Part shown: piece by piece, positions 1 to 13,200 of the stretch | Layout of the letters: each line of letters opens with the position of its first letter | Position numbering within the stretch: the stretch's first letter is position 1 | Notes under the pieces: model-generated | Database searches by the model: none | What the model saw: only the letters and a program-made list of their open reading frames with translations | What the model was told of the DNA's origin: nothing | Made by a program: the position numbers and the translations under genes | Source: Antedon mediterranea | Taxonomy: Eukaryota > Animalia > Echinodermata | Assembly: GCF_964355755.1 (NCBI RefSeq) | Contig: NC_092680.1 | Span: 434,001-498,000 of the forward strand | Direction of reading: 5' to 3' | DNA length: 64,000 nt

Positions 1-337
1 TGATGTTCTAAGAATAAAAGTAAATTTTGTTCGAAAAAAAATGTTACAATTCACAGATGTCAAGATTTACAGTTTTTTTTTGACATTTATTATAAGATAA
101 TAAATAAATTTGACATTCAAACATTAGTTTTGTTATGTATGTGATTTAAGTGTTTTCCAAGAACAAGAGAACCCTGATGTCACACAGTAATCACTCTGTT
201 CTTGGTATTCTTTGATTCTGATTCTAGAAACAAGCCAACAAGGCATGCAGTTGTGTTTCAAAGCCAGGTTCATAAATTATGAAGGGAGAATAAAACTGGG
301 TCAAAGTTCAAATCCTTATCTTTTACTGTATAATTTA

Positions 338-705
338 ACATTACACAGTTAATTTTAAATACTCATCTTTACTGATTGATTCGACATTACACAGTTAATT
401 TTAAATACTCATCTTTACTGATTGATTCGACATTACACAGTTAATTTTAAATACTCATCTTTACTGATTGATTCGACATTACACAGTTAATTTTAAATAC
501 TCATCTTTACTGATTGATTCGACATTACACAGTTAATTTTAAATCCTCATCTTTACTGATTGATTCGACATTACACAGTTAATTTTAAATCCTCATCTTT
601 ACTGATTGATTCGACATTACACAGTTAATTTTAAATTCTCGTCTTTTACTGTATGATTCAACATAGTTAATTAAAATCCTCATCTTTTACTGTATGATTC
701 AACAC
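338..705. repeat. 46-bp tandem repeat, ~7-8 copies
   Basis: Unit ACATTACACAGTTAATTTTAAATACTCATCTTTACTGATTGATTCG. Confidence 0.95.
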
Positions 706-1435
706 ACAGATTATTAACTTACATTTTTTACCGTTTAAAGATGAAAAAATATTGCAATAAGCGTATGTTATTTAAATTTTACATAAAATGCAGTTTTACA
801 TTAAATCGACAAAACATAGGGAATATGGCTTTAAAACTTTAAATATGGTCACATACCCTTTATAAACTATCATCAAGTATACTAACTTTAAATATGGTGA
901 CTACGATTTAGGCAAAACGGCACCTAAAAAATGAGAAAAGGGTACTGTATATTAACCATAAATATCAATTAATTTGGTAATAATACCATGAAACATGGTC
1001 ATGCACCCTACAGTTGATAAACTCTAATATCAATAATGTTGGTGTGTATCATGCTTATCCCATGTGGTGTCTCACCATATTGGCAAAAATGACGCCAAAA
1101 ACAGTAATTAATACTTCGAAAACGAAGGAAAATGAAACACAGTGAGATCATTCATAACTGAAGAAATATGGGGATTTACCTTTACAGTAGAAGACCACTG
1201 ATTATGATTAATAAAACCAATCAACAAAATCATCTTGATTCTAATGAATAAGTCTGAAATATCATTGTTTTATTAATTAAATACCTTATCTTAGTCTTAT
1301 TTACATCAGGGAGTTAAAAAAACACTGATATTTTATACACCGGTGCAACTTAATAATAATATTTATTGGTTATTCTCCTTTAAAATGGAGGAACACTCTC
1401 GTAACAAGAGGTTTGACCCATAAACTGTTTACAAA

Positions 1436-2253
1436 ACATATTCATAGAGTATATACTGTGTATGGTTATTCTCAGCACATTCATAGAGTAGTTACAATAT
1501 ATCTATACTGTGTATGGTTATTCTCAGCATATTCATAGAGTAGTTACAATATATCTATACTGTGTATGGTTATTCTCAGCACATTCATAGAGTAGTTACA
1601 ATATATCTATACTGGGTATGGTTATTCTCAGCATATTCATAGAGTAGTTACAATATATCTATACTGGGTATGGTTATTCTCAGCACATTCATAGAGTAGT
1701 TACAATATATCTATACTGTGTATGGTTATTCTCAGCACATTCATAGAGTAGTTACAATATATCTATACTGTGTATGGTTATTCTCAGCATATTCATAGAG
1801 TAGTTACAATATATCTATACTGTGTATGGTTATTCTCAGCACATTCATAGAGTAGTTACAATATATCTATACTGTGTATGGTTATTCTCAGCATATTCAT
1901 AGAGTAGTTACAATATCTATACTGTGTATGGTTATTCTCAGCATATTCATAGAGTAGTTACAATATCTATACTGTGTATGGTTATTCTCAGCACATTCAT
2001 AGAGTAGTTACAATATATCTATACTGTGTATGGTTATTCTCAGCACATTCATAGAGTAGTTACAATATATCTATACTGTGTATGGTTATTCTCAGCACAT
2101 TCATAGAGTAGTTACAATATATCTATACTGTGTATGGTTATTCTCAGCACATTCATAGAGTAGTTACAATCTATACTGTGTATGGTTATTCTCAGCACAT
2201 TCATAGAGTAGTTACAATATATCTACAGTATACTGTGTATGGTTATTCTCGCA
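1436..2253. repeat. 52-bp tandem repeat, ~16 copies
   Basis: Unit CATTCATAGAGTAGTTACAATATATCTATACTGTGTATGGTTATTCTCAGCA. Confidence 0.97.
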
Positions 2254-5200
2254 TTATTTATTCAAACATTATTTGAACAGTTTACTGTATTGCTTACATC
2301 AGACACAGTCCCTGTATGATATTTCCTTGTTTTGTCATCTGCATTGTACTGACCTGGATCGGATTCTTTTGAAACTAAAGTGTTGGTGTAATTTACGGGA
2401 TTTTTTTTCCTCCCATCTTTATTTTAAGTGCTTTAGGACAATATGTTGATTGTTGAAAGCACTATATAAATTTGACAATTAGTAACATTTAACATTACAT
2501 TGAAATACTGTAGAAAAACACAACGTTTTCTTTGTCAGCTCCCCATTGTCACCAGGATGATGTTTGTTTTGTGTGCCATTGACCATGGTCTGGTTCTGGG
2601 TCAGTTCATAGTAGGAGGTGTGACATATTTATTTGTCCTCAAAGGAACCTATATTCATGAAAATCTAAAATAATGTTGTACACAAATTTTGATTTGCAAT
2701 TGCATTCATTGCTAATCAAAATTAATATTGATTGGCACAACCATATTTTTGCATAGCAATTTTTTATAAAGGGCCCATAAAAAAAATTATTTTTTTATCA
2801 CCATATTCACAGCTCAAACTAATAATGGGGGGGGGGGGGGGCCTAAGTAACAATAGTGCCTCCAGGTGTAGACAAGGAATTTCTGTTTGTTTACCGCAAA
2901 CTTTGAATGAAACATTTTTAATGTTCAGGTGTTTATTAACATACTTTAGGCAAATTTAGCCTAGAGGTGTAACAAGCCGCCCTTTTCCCAATTACCCGGA
3001 TCTGCCCAATACAAAATTATTCCCTGGAAGTGCTGTCTCTAGATGTTATCTAATATGTATTTGGCCATTTAACATGACAGATAGCAGACTGTAAAATATC
3101 CATCTACATACCACAATTAAGAAACATTTATGGCTGTACAACAATTTTTCAATAATAACAATAATTCATTTATTGTACAGTGTTTTTTTTTTTACAATCT
3201 TGTGAAACTGTTAATTAAAACCAACATAAAATTCTAATACTAATTCAATGTCAAATAATCATCCACTGAAAATCCTAGCATTTTGTATTTGTAGCTTAAA
3301 TATTATTAATCAATTTTATTTTTATTTTTTAAAATAATAGAATAATTCAATCTTTTCTAGCAAGAATTTACTGGAGAAATTTGAAAATCAATTGACATTT
3401 TGAGTAAAAAGCAATAAAATAAGCAAAGTACAGTAACTATAGCAACCAGTATTATAAATAACATGTTACATCGTCAACCTCATTTTGTTCTTTGTCTTCA
3501 AATAGTAATTTGTATTATAATACAGTATATTGAGCAAACTATTTAAATGAGCTTGTTTTTCCGACCAATATTGATTTTGCATCAGTGAGTTCAGCAGTGT
3601 TGTTGTTTGTAATACTGTTCACATACCACTATATCATTGTCAGTTTTCACATCAAGGATTCACTGATACTGTTTGTTGCTGTGAAGAAATGTCAACTAAA
3701 GCCTAGTTCACATTTTATTTATAGTTCAGTAATATTGTACAATAAAAAATATTTATAAACATTTTCTTGAAAAATGTTACAAAGATGGACCATTGTCATT
3801 TTGTTACTTTCAAATCCCAATAAAAAACAACTTGTAAATTTCTGAAAGAGAAATTTTTCTGATACAGGTTTGATATGATTTTAATACGATTGTCATTTTA
3901 AAAAAAGGTGCGTCCAGAGTAAATAAAATAAAACTTAGAGGAGAAAAAAAAGGATTTTTAAACAATTATTACAAGAAAACTAAATTACGTACAACATATA
4001 AAAAATAACATCAACAAAAGTAATACAGGATTTAAAAAGCAAAAAACTAATCATTTTCAATTCATTGTTGATTTCCCTTCTCTTCCATGCTCGTTTGGTG
4101 AAACCTTTACAAAATCTATCGAATGCAACTTCAATATTATTTATTATCAACATCACGGCATACATACAGTACTGTACATGTAGGTATTCAGAATACAAAA
4201 TTATATTCCCACAAAACGTCTAGCAATAAAACAGCTCGCACTGTTTTTAAGACTTTGTTTTTGAAAACAAGTGTGTGATTTATTTCCACAGTCTATTTCT
4301 TTTTTTATTTCTTTGTTGATAATAAATCTTGAACTTTTTTAATTGCAAAGAAATATATGTTAATGTTTTATGCCATCTAACTCCAAAAGAAGTTAAACTT
4401 AAAATTCTATGAGGGCCTTCATTAATGTAAGATTGTGGTATTGATAAACTGCAAGCCATTGTACTATACAGTATACAGTAAATAGGAGTTTGTGACATGT
4501 TTAATGGAGGAATATTTTATTGGATGAAAAATTTACTCTATTTTCAATGTCTCCGCCTTATTAAAAATTGAGCAGTTATTTTTTAACTCATGACATACTC
4601 TCCCTCTTCCCATCTGAGCCGTGATGTAATACACTGTAGAGATAGATGCCAAGCATAGCTAGGTGAATCACTTCATAACACATATGACATGACACTGTGA
4701 AACTTAATCTGGTTGTTTGTGAAAACAGGAGCAGAAATGCTTATGATTTCATTGGTTGGATAGCAATTCATTCCCAGAACTAGAATGCTTAGAATATTCT
4801 AAATATGTCATCTTTATAATAATCTCTTCATAATATTAATGCATATAAGGTTTGTATTGTGCTATCAAAGGGAACAATGATTGACAAATAAGAAGTAATT
4901 CCGGATATACTTATTTTAATAGCAATGTGTCAAAACAATGCTTCTAAAAAAATAATATATCTCTCGTGGAATAACGATTAAAACATGATTTTTGTAGCCA
5001 CGAAGCTGGAATGTTGGGAACGTTAGTGCCGCCGTGCGAAAAATTGTGTGCGTAATGAAGAAAAAATTGATTTTTTAGACATGATTAGAACTTTTTTTTT
5101 TGCAACATGCTATTTTTACTACGTAGAATGTTGACCCTTCACATTTAAAGTGCGGATAATGAAACCCTTTATAGTTAAGACTGCTTGGGGTAAGTAGTTA

Positions 5201-6315
5201 GGTCATAAGGGTTAAAAGTGTCCACACAACTTGAAAAACTCAATATTTTAAACTGATTGTTGACTAAATACTTTATGGAAAAACTCAGGAATCAATGTTG
5301 ATTAAAATTAAGTGGAGAAACGGTACGTGTTACGCATACAGTAGGCTTCAGTAGGATTGTATGTTAAGCCAATTGCTAGTGCGCAACACTCACTGCTTAC
5401 TACAGTTACATATTCACTAATGAAGAAAAAAAAATGTTTTTTATTCTTGATACAATCCACTTTTAATCTTAGAATTAACAACATGATGAACTATTCAAAA
5501 TTAAAAGTTAATCAGGGCAAGTAAAAAAAAAAACATAGTAAAGTCTACTGAAGAAAAATTGACTTAAATAATGTTCATATATTTTCAACTATAGTATGTA
5601 AGTCATATATATAATTTCCTGAATGATCGTGAAATCAAAATAGTACTGGGTTTAGTCTATAGCGTTATTGTTCTGCTCCCGACACTAGTCATCCATTCTT
5701 GGAAGAACTGATGAAAAAAGTCTATCTGGTGATGACATGACTATACTTCAGCGTTAGTTTGATACGAGATTGAAATGTTTAAAATGTAAACCACTTTTAT
5801 TCAATCAAACAAAAGGTAATCCATATCCAATCCAAACACATAAATTTGTTAAATTGTTTATTAGTGAGTATGTTTGATACCTGAAATACTATTTATGAAA
5901 ATTCAATCCTAAAAATTAACAGATTAGTAATAGTAATAGTAGTAGGTGGTAAGGGAGAGGTTTGTTATTGATATGAGTTCAGACCGCTCACTGAGGCGTA
6001 CATTTTTGTATTGAGTTTTGTTTGCATTTGAAATTGAATTTGATTCTGACATTATGAGGAATGCCATGTTGACTAAACATAGTGAAAGTAAAAATTGTAA
6101 TGTTTTTTTTATGAAAATTATCCCATTGGGATCGTATACAAACAATAAATTAACAGAGTGTGATGCTTGCACAAAGTTTCTTCTGTCATGTTGTAAAATG
6201 CGATCCGATTAGACCTAGGCCACAGACTTTGTACTTGGAGGATGTGTTTGAGTTTGTTAGTTCTTAAAAAGATGAACCAAAAACACCTAATCAAATCCAT
6301 AAAAAGGACTTACAG

Positions 6316-7523
6316 TATGTGTATGCTTACCTTATGTGTGTGCCTACCTTATGTGTGTGCTTACCTTATGTGTATGCTTACCTTATGTGTGTGCTTACCT
6401 TATGTGTGTGCCTACCTTATGTGTGTGCCTACCTTATGTGTGTGCCTACCTTATGTGTGTGCTTACCTTATGTGTGTGCTTACCTTATGTGTGTGCTTAC
6501 CTTATGTGTGTGCTTACCTTATGTGTGTGCTTACCTTATGTGTGTGCTTACCTTATGTGTGTGCCTACCTTATGTGTGTGCCTACCTTATGTGTGTGCTT
6601 ACCTTATGTGTGTGCTTACCTTATGTGTGTGCTTACCTTATGTGTGTGCTTACCTTATGTGTGTGCTTACCTTATGTGTGTGCTTACCTTATGTGTGTGC
6701 TTACCTTATGTGTGTGCTTACCTTATGTGTGTGCTTACCTTATGTGTGTGCTTACCTTATGTGTGTGCTTACCTTATGTGTGTGCTTACCTTATGTGTGT
6801 GCTTACCTTATGTCTGTGCTTACCTTATGTGTGTGCTTACCTTATGTGTGTGCTTACCTTATGTGTGTGCTTACCTTATGTGTGTGCTTACCTTATGTGT
6901 GTGCTTACCTTATGTGTGTGCTTACCTTATGTGTGTGCTTACCTTATGTGTGTGCCTACCTTATGTGTGTGCCTACCTTATGTGTGTGCCTACCTTATGT
7001 GTGTGCTTACCTTATGTGTGTGCTTACCTTATGTGTGTGCTTACCTTATGTGTGTGCTTACCTTATGTGTGTGCTTACCTTATGTGTGTGCTTACCTTAT
7101 GTGTGTGCTTACCTTATGTGTGTGCTTACCTTATGTGTGTGCTTACCTTATGTGTGTGCTTACCTTATGTGTGTGCTTACCTTATGTGTGTGCTTACCTT
7201 ATGTGTGTGCTTACCTTATGTGTGTGCTTACCTTATGTGTGTGCTTACCTTATGTGTGTGCTTACCTTATGTGTGTGCTTACCTTATGTGTGTGCTTACC
7301 TTATGTGTGTGCTTACCTTATGTGTGTGCTTACCTTATGTGTGTGCTTACCTTATGTGTGTGCTTACCTTATGTGTGTGCTTACCTTATGTGTGTGCTTA
7401 CCTTATGTGTGTGCTTACCTTATGTGTGTGCTTACCTTATGTGTGTGCTTACCTTATGTGTGTGCTTACCTTATGTGTGTGCTTACCTTATGTGTGTGCT
7501 TACCTTATGTGTGTGCTTACCTT
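6316..7523. repeat. 17-bp minisatellite, ~71 copies
   Basis: Unit TGTGTGTGCTTACCTTA, with C/T variants. Confidence 0.98.
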
Positions 7524-9639
7524 TTAAAATGTATCTAGAAGAATCAAATTAAATTCAGTCTATAGTCAAGAGTCATTGAAAGTGTCACAATTTGTCTGTT
7601 ATATAAATTTAACAGAAATAAAACTAGCAATAACAAAATGAATATAGTGCCCTAGATGTAACTGTAATATTTAGAATTTCCAATATTTATGCTAATTTTT
7701 TACATTTCAAAGGTGAATGTTTTATGTAATTTAGGAGAGTACTTGCCTTTAATTTCTACGTGAAACGTTTCTATTAAAATCACTTAAAATAACTTTTGTT
7801 TCATAATTTATTTTATAAATTGTCGGTGAACACCCAAAATAAATGTAGGCGCAGAAGGCAACTAGTCATTTCAATGATGATACAGATTTAATATGAATTT
7901 ACAAATTACATGCAAATCTCTTACATTTGAACTTTGGTTGAACCTGGATGTAGTAGCCTAAAGCAGATCTTCAGTACTATTTCATAATATAAATGGCAAG
8001 TCAATGGATAGGGGAGAAAAACTCACGATATTATCTATAGGCTGCAACATAGTTTATCCTATAATGGATTTCATTTCTCAAACTCGCTATAATGTAAGCT
8101 TGTAGGCTTAACGCAAGAAATGATTTGGTTAAATGAAACTTACAAGTTTGTGTTCATTTAATGGAATGAGGATGACATGATAGAAACTAGCATATAGTAC
8201 TTTTTTGTAATTAAAAATAAACACACATGATCCAAGATGTTCAAACAAGTAATTGTTTAGGAATGTCAAAATGCATGACCTGCCTGTCCTTTGTCATCTC
8301 CATATGACATGCCTTTAATCATTTTATCTTCAAAAAATAAATACAATAATTGGATAAAAACAATAGTCAGATTAGATACCAAGTCAAGTCTTTTATTATA
8401 TATTTAAAAAAAAAGGTCAAGTCTTTTAATTATATGTTCGCATTTAGGCACATCCATTTATGGTCGCCCACCCTAACCCCTAACCCTGTTTGCCCACCTT
8501 ATACGAACCAATATCCAAATTAGATCAATGCACAAATGCAAATGAGCTCTACACCAATATGCAAATTAGCTTAATACACCAATATGCAAACTCTCTATTT
8601 GACTCTCGGACATCATTTTCTCCAGAGTAATGAAGAATTAATTTAAAAGATATTATGTGGTACATAACATTTAATTTATGTTATTTTTTAAAACATATGG
8701 AGAAAAATGACTTTTTAATTCCCAAATATTCACAACAAGTTTAAACAATATTCATTTGGTAAACTTTGCTTTTGGGATGCCAGATTTATAGGTCTGATTT
8801 ATTAAGCAATCAGATCAATGGAAATTGCAAATAAAGCTTGTAAAAAAAGCATATGTTTTTTTTATAAGACAGTTTTAAAAAGACATTGTGTTCTAATTCT
8901 GTACTTATTTGCTCATCATCTACACACTGTGTGCAATCTTGTAGAATTTTCAAAACCTTTTTTTCCCCTTTTATGGCTTCAATATATTGTACAATATATT
9001 GTATGGTTTTTGTTGTAGATCGAAAACATTCCGATGAGTGAATGGAAAACAAATAACAAATAAAAATGTTCTTTCCGCTGTTAGCTTGCTGTTGTTGCAG
9101 TTTGCATTGTCTTTTTGGGCCTTGTTGTCTTCCTCAATGCCATGCATTAATATTTATTAGAACTTTGCCGCTGTATCAAACCATTTAAGTACAGTACAAA
9201 TTTTAGTGAAACGTTCTATAAAAATGACTGATTCTTGAAATCCCACCCTGGAGCATTACAAATAGTAAACCTAAATTGGAAAAAATACATAAACACTATA
9301 CAGTACAGTAAACAACATGATAATAGTAAACTAATCTTGAAACTAATATTTGGTTAAATAGAATTGATGATTATTGAAGTCTAAAGTACGCTGCTAGTAT
9401 ACAGTAGTGTCAATAAGCTGGCTGTTTGCATACAAATAGTCAAGATTAAAAGCGAATACTGTAGTTGTTATTTAGCTAAATTAAAAAACAATGTTAACTG
9501 CCTTGGTATAATGAGGATAACAAATTTGTAAACTGGCATCTGTGTAGCAACAGATTAAACGGCCTTAATCCTAAATTTGTACCATAAATTAGTAAGGAAT
9601 CTTACCTTAATACATTAGTTTAAAATGTACACTGAGTAA

Positions 9640-9798
9640 AACTCTGTCTACACTATCAACCAAAGTTTGACACAAAAAGTGCGTGTGCCCAAATATGGTA
9701 ATGTGCCCAGATATAGTAGTGATATAACATCATCATGTTCGTACAGTATGGGCACATCACATTTTTTTGTCATCAAGTTTTATTGTGTAGACAGAGCT
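9640..9798. mobile_element. Harbinger-type MITE copy
   Basis: Same TIRs, TAA on both sides, and internal GCCCAAATATGGTA(G)TG units. Confidence 0.8.
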
Positions 9799-10039
9799 TA
9801 AGGTGTCATCTTTTCTCCTTAATATGCCAGAGAAACATTAGTAGAGTTTGTTATATATAATAGATTTTTATTTATTTCACTTAAAACACATAAACCAATG
9901 GCGACAAGGCGGCAACATAGGCTATTTTGGAAAAAAGGGGTTTGGACACAATAGTTTGAACATAATATTAATTATATCTTTTCTGCCATAAATTATTGTT
10001 GTTTATTTTAACATAAAAATATCATCATAAAAATCATGT

Positions 10040-10297
10040 TACAGAAAGGGGAATGCCATATGTGTGTTTGACAGAAAGGGGAATGCCATGGGTGTTTGAC
10101 AGAAAGGGGAATGCCATATGTGTGTTTGACAATAAGGGGAATGCCATTATGTGTGTTTGACAGAAAGGGGAATGCCATATGTGTGTTTGACAGAAAGGGG
10201 AATGCCAAATGTGTGTTTGACAGAAAGGGGAATGCCATATGTGTGTTTGACTGAAAGGGGATGCCATATGTGTGTTTGACTGAAAGAGGATGCCATG
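10040..10297. repeat. 30-bp tandem repeat, ~8 copies
   Basis: Unit GAAAGGGGAATGCCATATGTGTGTTTGACA. Confidence 0.95.
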
Positions 10298-13200
10298 TGG
10301 GTTTCTCTTTGAGGGTCTCCCTCTCTTATCACAGCATTGACAATGTGAGAAATTGCAGCATTCTCCATGAACTATCAGTTTAACTGTGGCAAGTAATTTT
10401 ACTGATAATTGTCATCCTTCAAATTCATGTCAGCAAGTTTAACTGAGGTAACAGTTCACATAATGTCTGCCATACACTGCTTGACCAATCAATCCTTATA
10501 TTACTGTCAACTTTAATTAATACACAGGTTGATAAAATGTTCCATCAATCTGAAGATGGTGTATTATTTTTCACCAGTGGCAGATCCTGTAATGGCATAA
10601 ATGTGTGACTTGCATTTTGGTAAATAAAGCATTATAATGCATAACGCATTGGGTCTAATACACATCCCCACATTGCAATGAGTGCTCAACAGCCTGGTCA
10701 CCCAATGGCAAATTTAAATTATTAAGGGAAATAATTTTTATTATTTAATAATTACAATAGTTTAGCCATCTGACGTCCATAAAGCGCCTTACCTTATGTC
10801 TACCTTTTATTATTAGAACTACTGTTCTAATTTTAAGCTAGGCCATCCATAGCATATCAGTCAAAACTCTAGCAGCAGTGATCTTCCCTGTCACATGGTG
10901 GGATGTGATTTCACGTTCACCGTAATATACTATACAGATAGTTATATAAAAACCAGATGAAAACATTTTTGAAGTATACATTTAATAAAATATACTTATG
11001 TATTCATATCTTGAGTTTCTTCACTGACGACGTTAATTTTAGACGCTAAAGGAAGATACTTCAAGATATTTCATTTTCCCAGATTAATTACTTTTACGAT
11101 CATTTAATATCGATTATCTTTTCATCATTTGAGAAGTATTCCGTAGAAAAAATTAAACATAATCCTGTTGAGCAGCAGTAGTAATTCAGTAAAGACATAT
11201 GATAATAAGATGTAGTGAGCTGACTGCTGGCTATCATTATGCTGCCGTATGATACCATCGTCAGCATCCTTTTAATCGCTCTTTTTACTCAGGTAAACAA
11301 TGTCATTAACACGCAAACTGTAATCCTTTAATACTTGTACTTGTATTATAATTATCTACAAGAGGCATACAATGTTGCCAGTTACACTTGCCCACAAATC
11401 AACAATTGTAATAAAATATTATGTTTGTCTTTCCTGAATTAATGTATTATCTATTAAGTCATTTTATATTTCATCATCTTCAAAAAAATCGGAATTTTGT
11501 TGTTTACAGATTTTATTGATTTTATAAATTAGTTTCAATTTCTTTGTTAATACTAGAATTTAGTGAATTGCACCATTTACAGATGATTAATTATTATTTC
11601 AATATTTAAAACCACTAGACCTATGTTTTTCCGACCTAATTTAGGGTCACACACTACATTATATGTAAAAATAAATACTATATGAATCTATTTCGATAAT
11701 TTTTTCTGTCTTAAAACTGTTAAAAATGTGACAAATAGTCATTAAAATAATTTAAATGTGTTGCAACTTGTTAGCCCAAACACACGTCATTGTTTTTATA
11801 TACATTGTTTTCTATCACAAACATGTTTGTGCCGTTATTTATACTATTTATAATGCAAAATGATTTTGGTATCAACAACCAGACAGTGGGAAAAACACTA
11901 TCTAAAACACTATCTATGCCATTGAACAAAGATTCTAGAAATTATGCACGATTTACTGAATTTTACCGTTACGTAAATTTATAGGTTAAACCAACTAAAC
12001 AAGACCTACAGTAAAATTTTAAAGGAATGCATTGGTATTTCTTTGTACAATGGAAAATAAGAATGTTATGCTTTAAGTTGTCAATAGTTAGCTTCTCATT
12101 TTAACACCTATATTTTTGATATTGTACTCCTATTTTTTATAGAAATAAAGATACCGATATATATATATTGATAAAGATAATATTTATGTTTAAATTATAT
12201 CTTGTTGTTTGTAATTTTACCAGGTATCTATTAACAATCCAGCAATACAATGCTTCTTATGTGAATAACAATATAGCAGCATCAAATCAAGTGTAAACTG
12301 GCAGCCATCCACAGATGGGCACAACTCCTTCGTTGAATGCCTTTGTGGAATGTATGCAGATTTGTCTATTTGCTTTGCTTTCAAACTGTTTAGTAGCTTC
12401 ACTTGATAGTGTACTGTAAGCAATCACACTAATTTAATTAAACAGATCAGTCGTTTTTAAAAACATGTGTATAGTAGGTATTCCCATGAAATACTCCAAT
12501 ATTATTAAACTCCAAGCGTTTTACAATTCTTGTTCGGCTTTCTCGTTTTTCCCTTTCTCCCACTTTTGTTGCTCGTTTCTTTGTAGGGTATATATTAGGT
12601 TGCCAAATGATGACTTGAAATTTAAAATGTCTGACATCGTATTAAAAAAAAGATCAACATAATTTTGAAAAGGCTCGTAGTTCAGCTCTATGCCTATAAT
12701 ATTAACACTAACAGATTTAAAATTATGAAAAAATAAATAGCATATCACTGGCCTTGTTCAATTCAGAACCACTAAACCACTACCAGCACCACTAAACCAC
12801 TACCAGCACTACTAGTAATTAAACCCGGTCTTTTATGGTACCTGATTTTCATGATCTGTATAATCTGTATTCCCACTAGATATAAAAAAATACAAAACAA
12901 TTATTAATAGGAAGTGAAAGAAGACGGTAAACAAGAAATATTTTTTACAAAAAATTACCTCGACAATAGTTTCAATTATTGTTCTTCCTTCATTAAATCT
13001 TTTTTTAATTAATCGGTAATAAATGCATAAAAAATAGAAATGTTTTGAGAGCCACACTCCCCTTAAATAAAAACAAAAAATAACTCTATTCCGTATGTAA
13101 AGATACATAATTTATCATTAAATTGTGGAGACAGCAAGAAATTATAAGGAGCTTTTGAAAAATGCTGTTCATTAAGAATTGCACTTGATGTTGTTTTAAA

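Noticed and set aside
1374-1436. Dispersed ~60-bp similarity with 37813-37873
   Set aside because: This is probably an old repeat fragment. It is too short and lacks termini, so it cannot be classified.
6242-7552. 400-436-aa Cys-rich ORFs in all three + frames
   Set aside because: These are an artefact of a stop-free 17-bp repeat. All frames give the same 17-aa cycle and there are no unique coding flanks.
8470-8487. CCCTAA telomere-like motifs
   Set aside because: There are only two imperfect units, too few to call an interstitial telomere.
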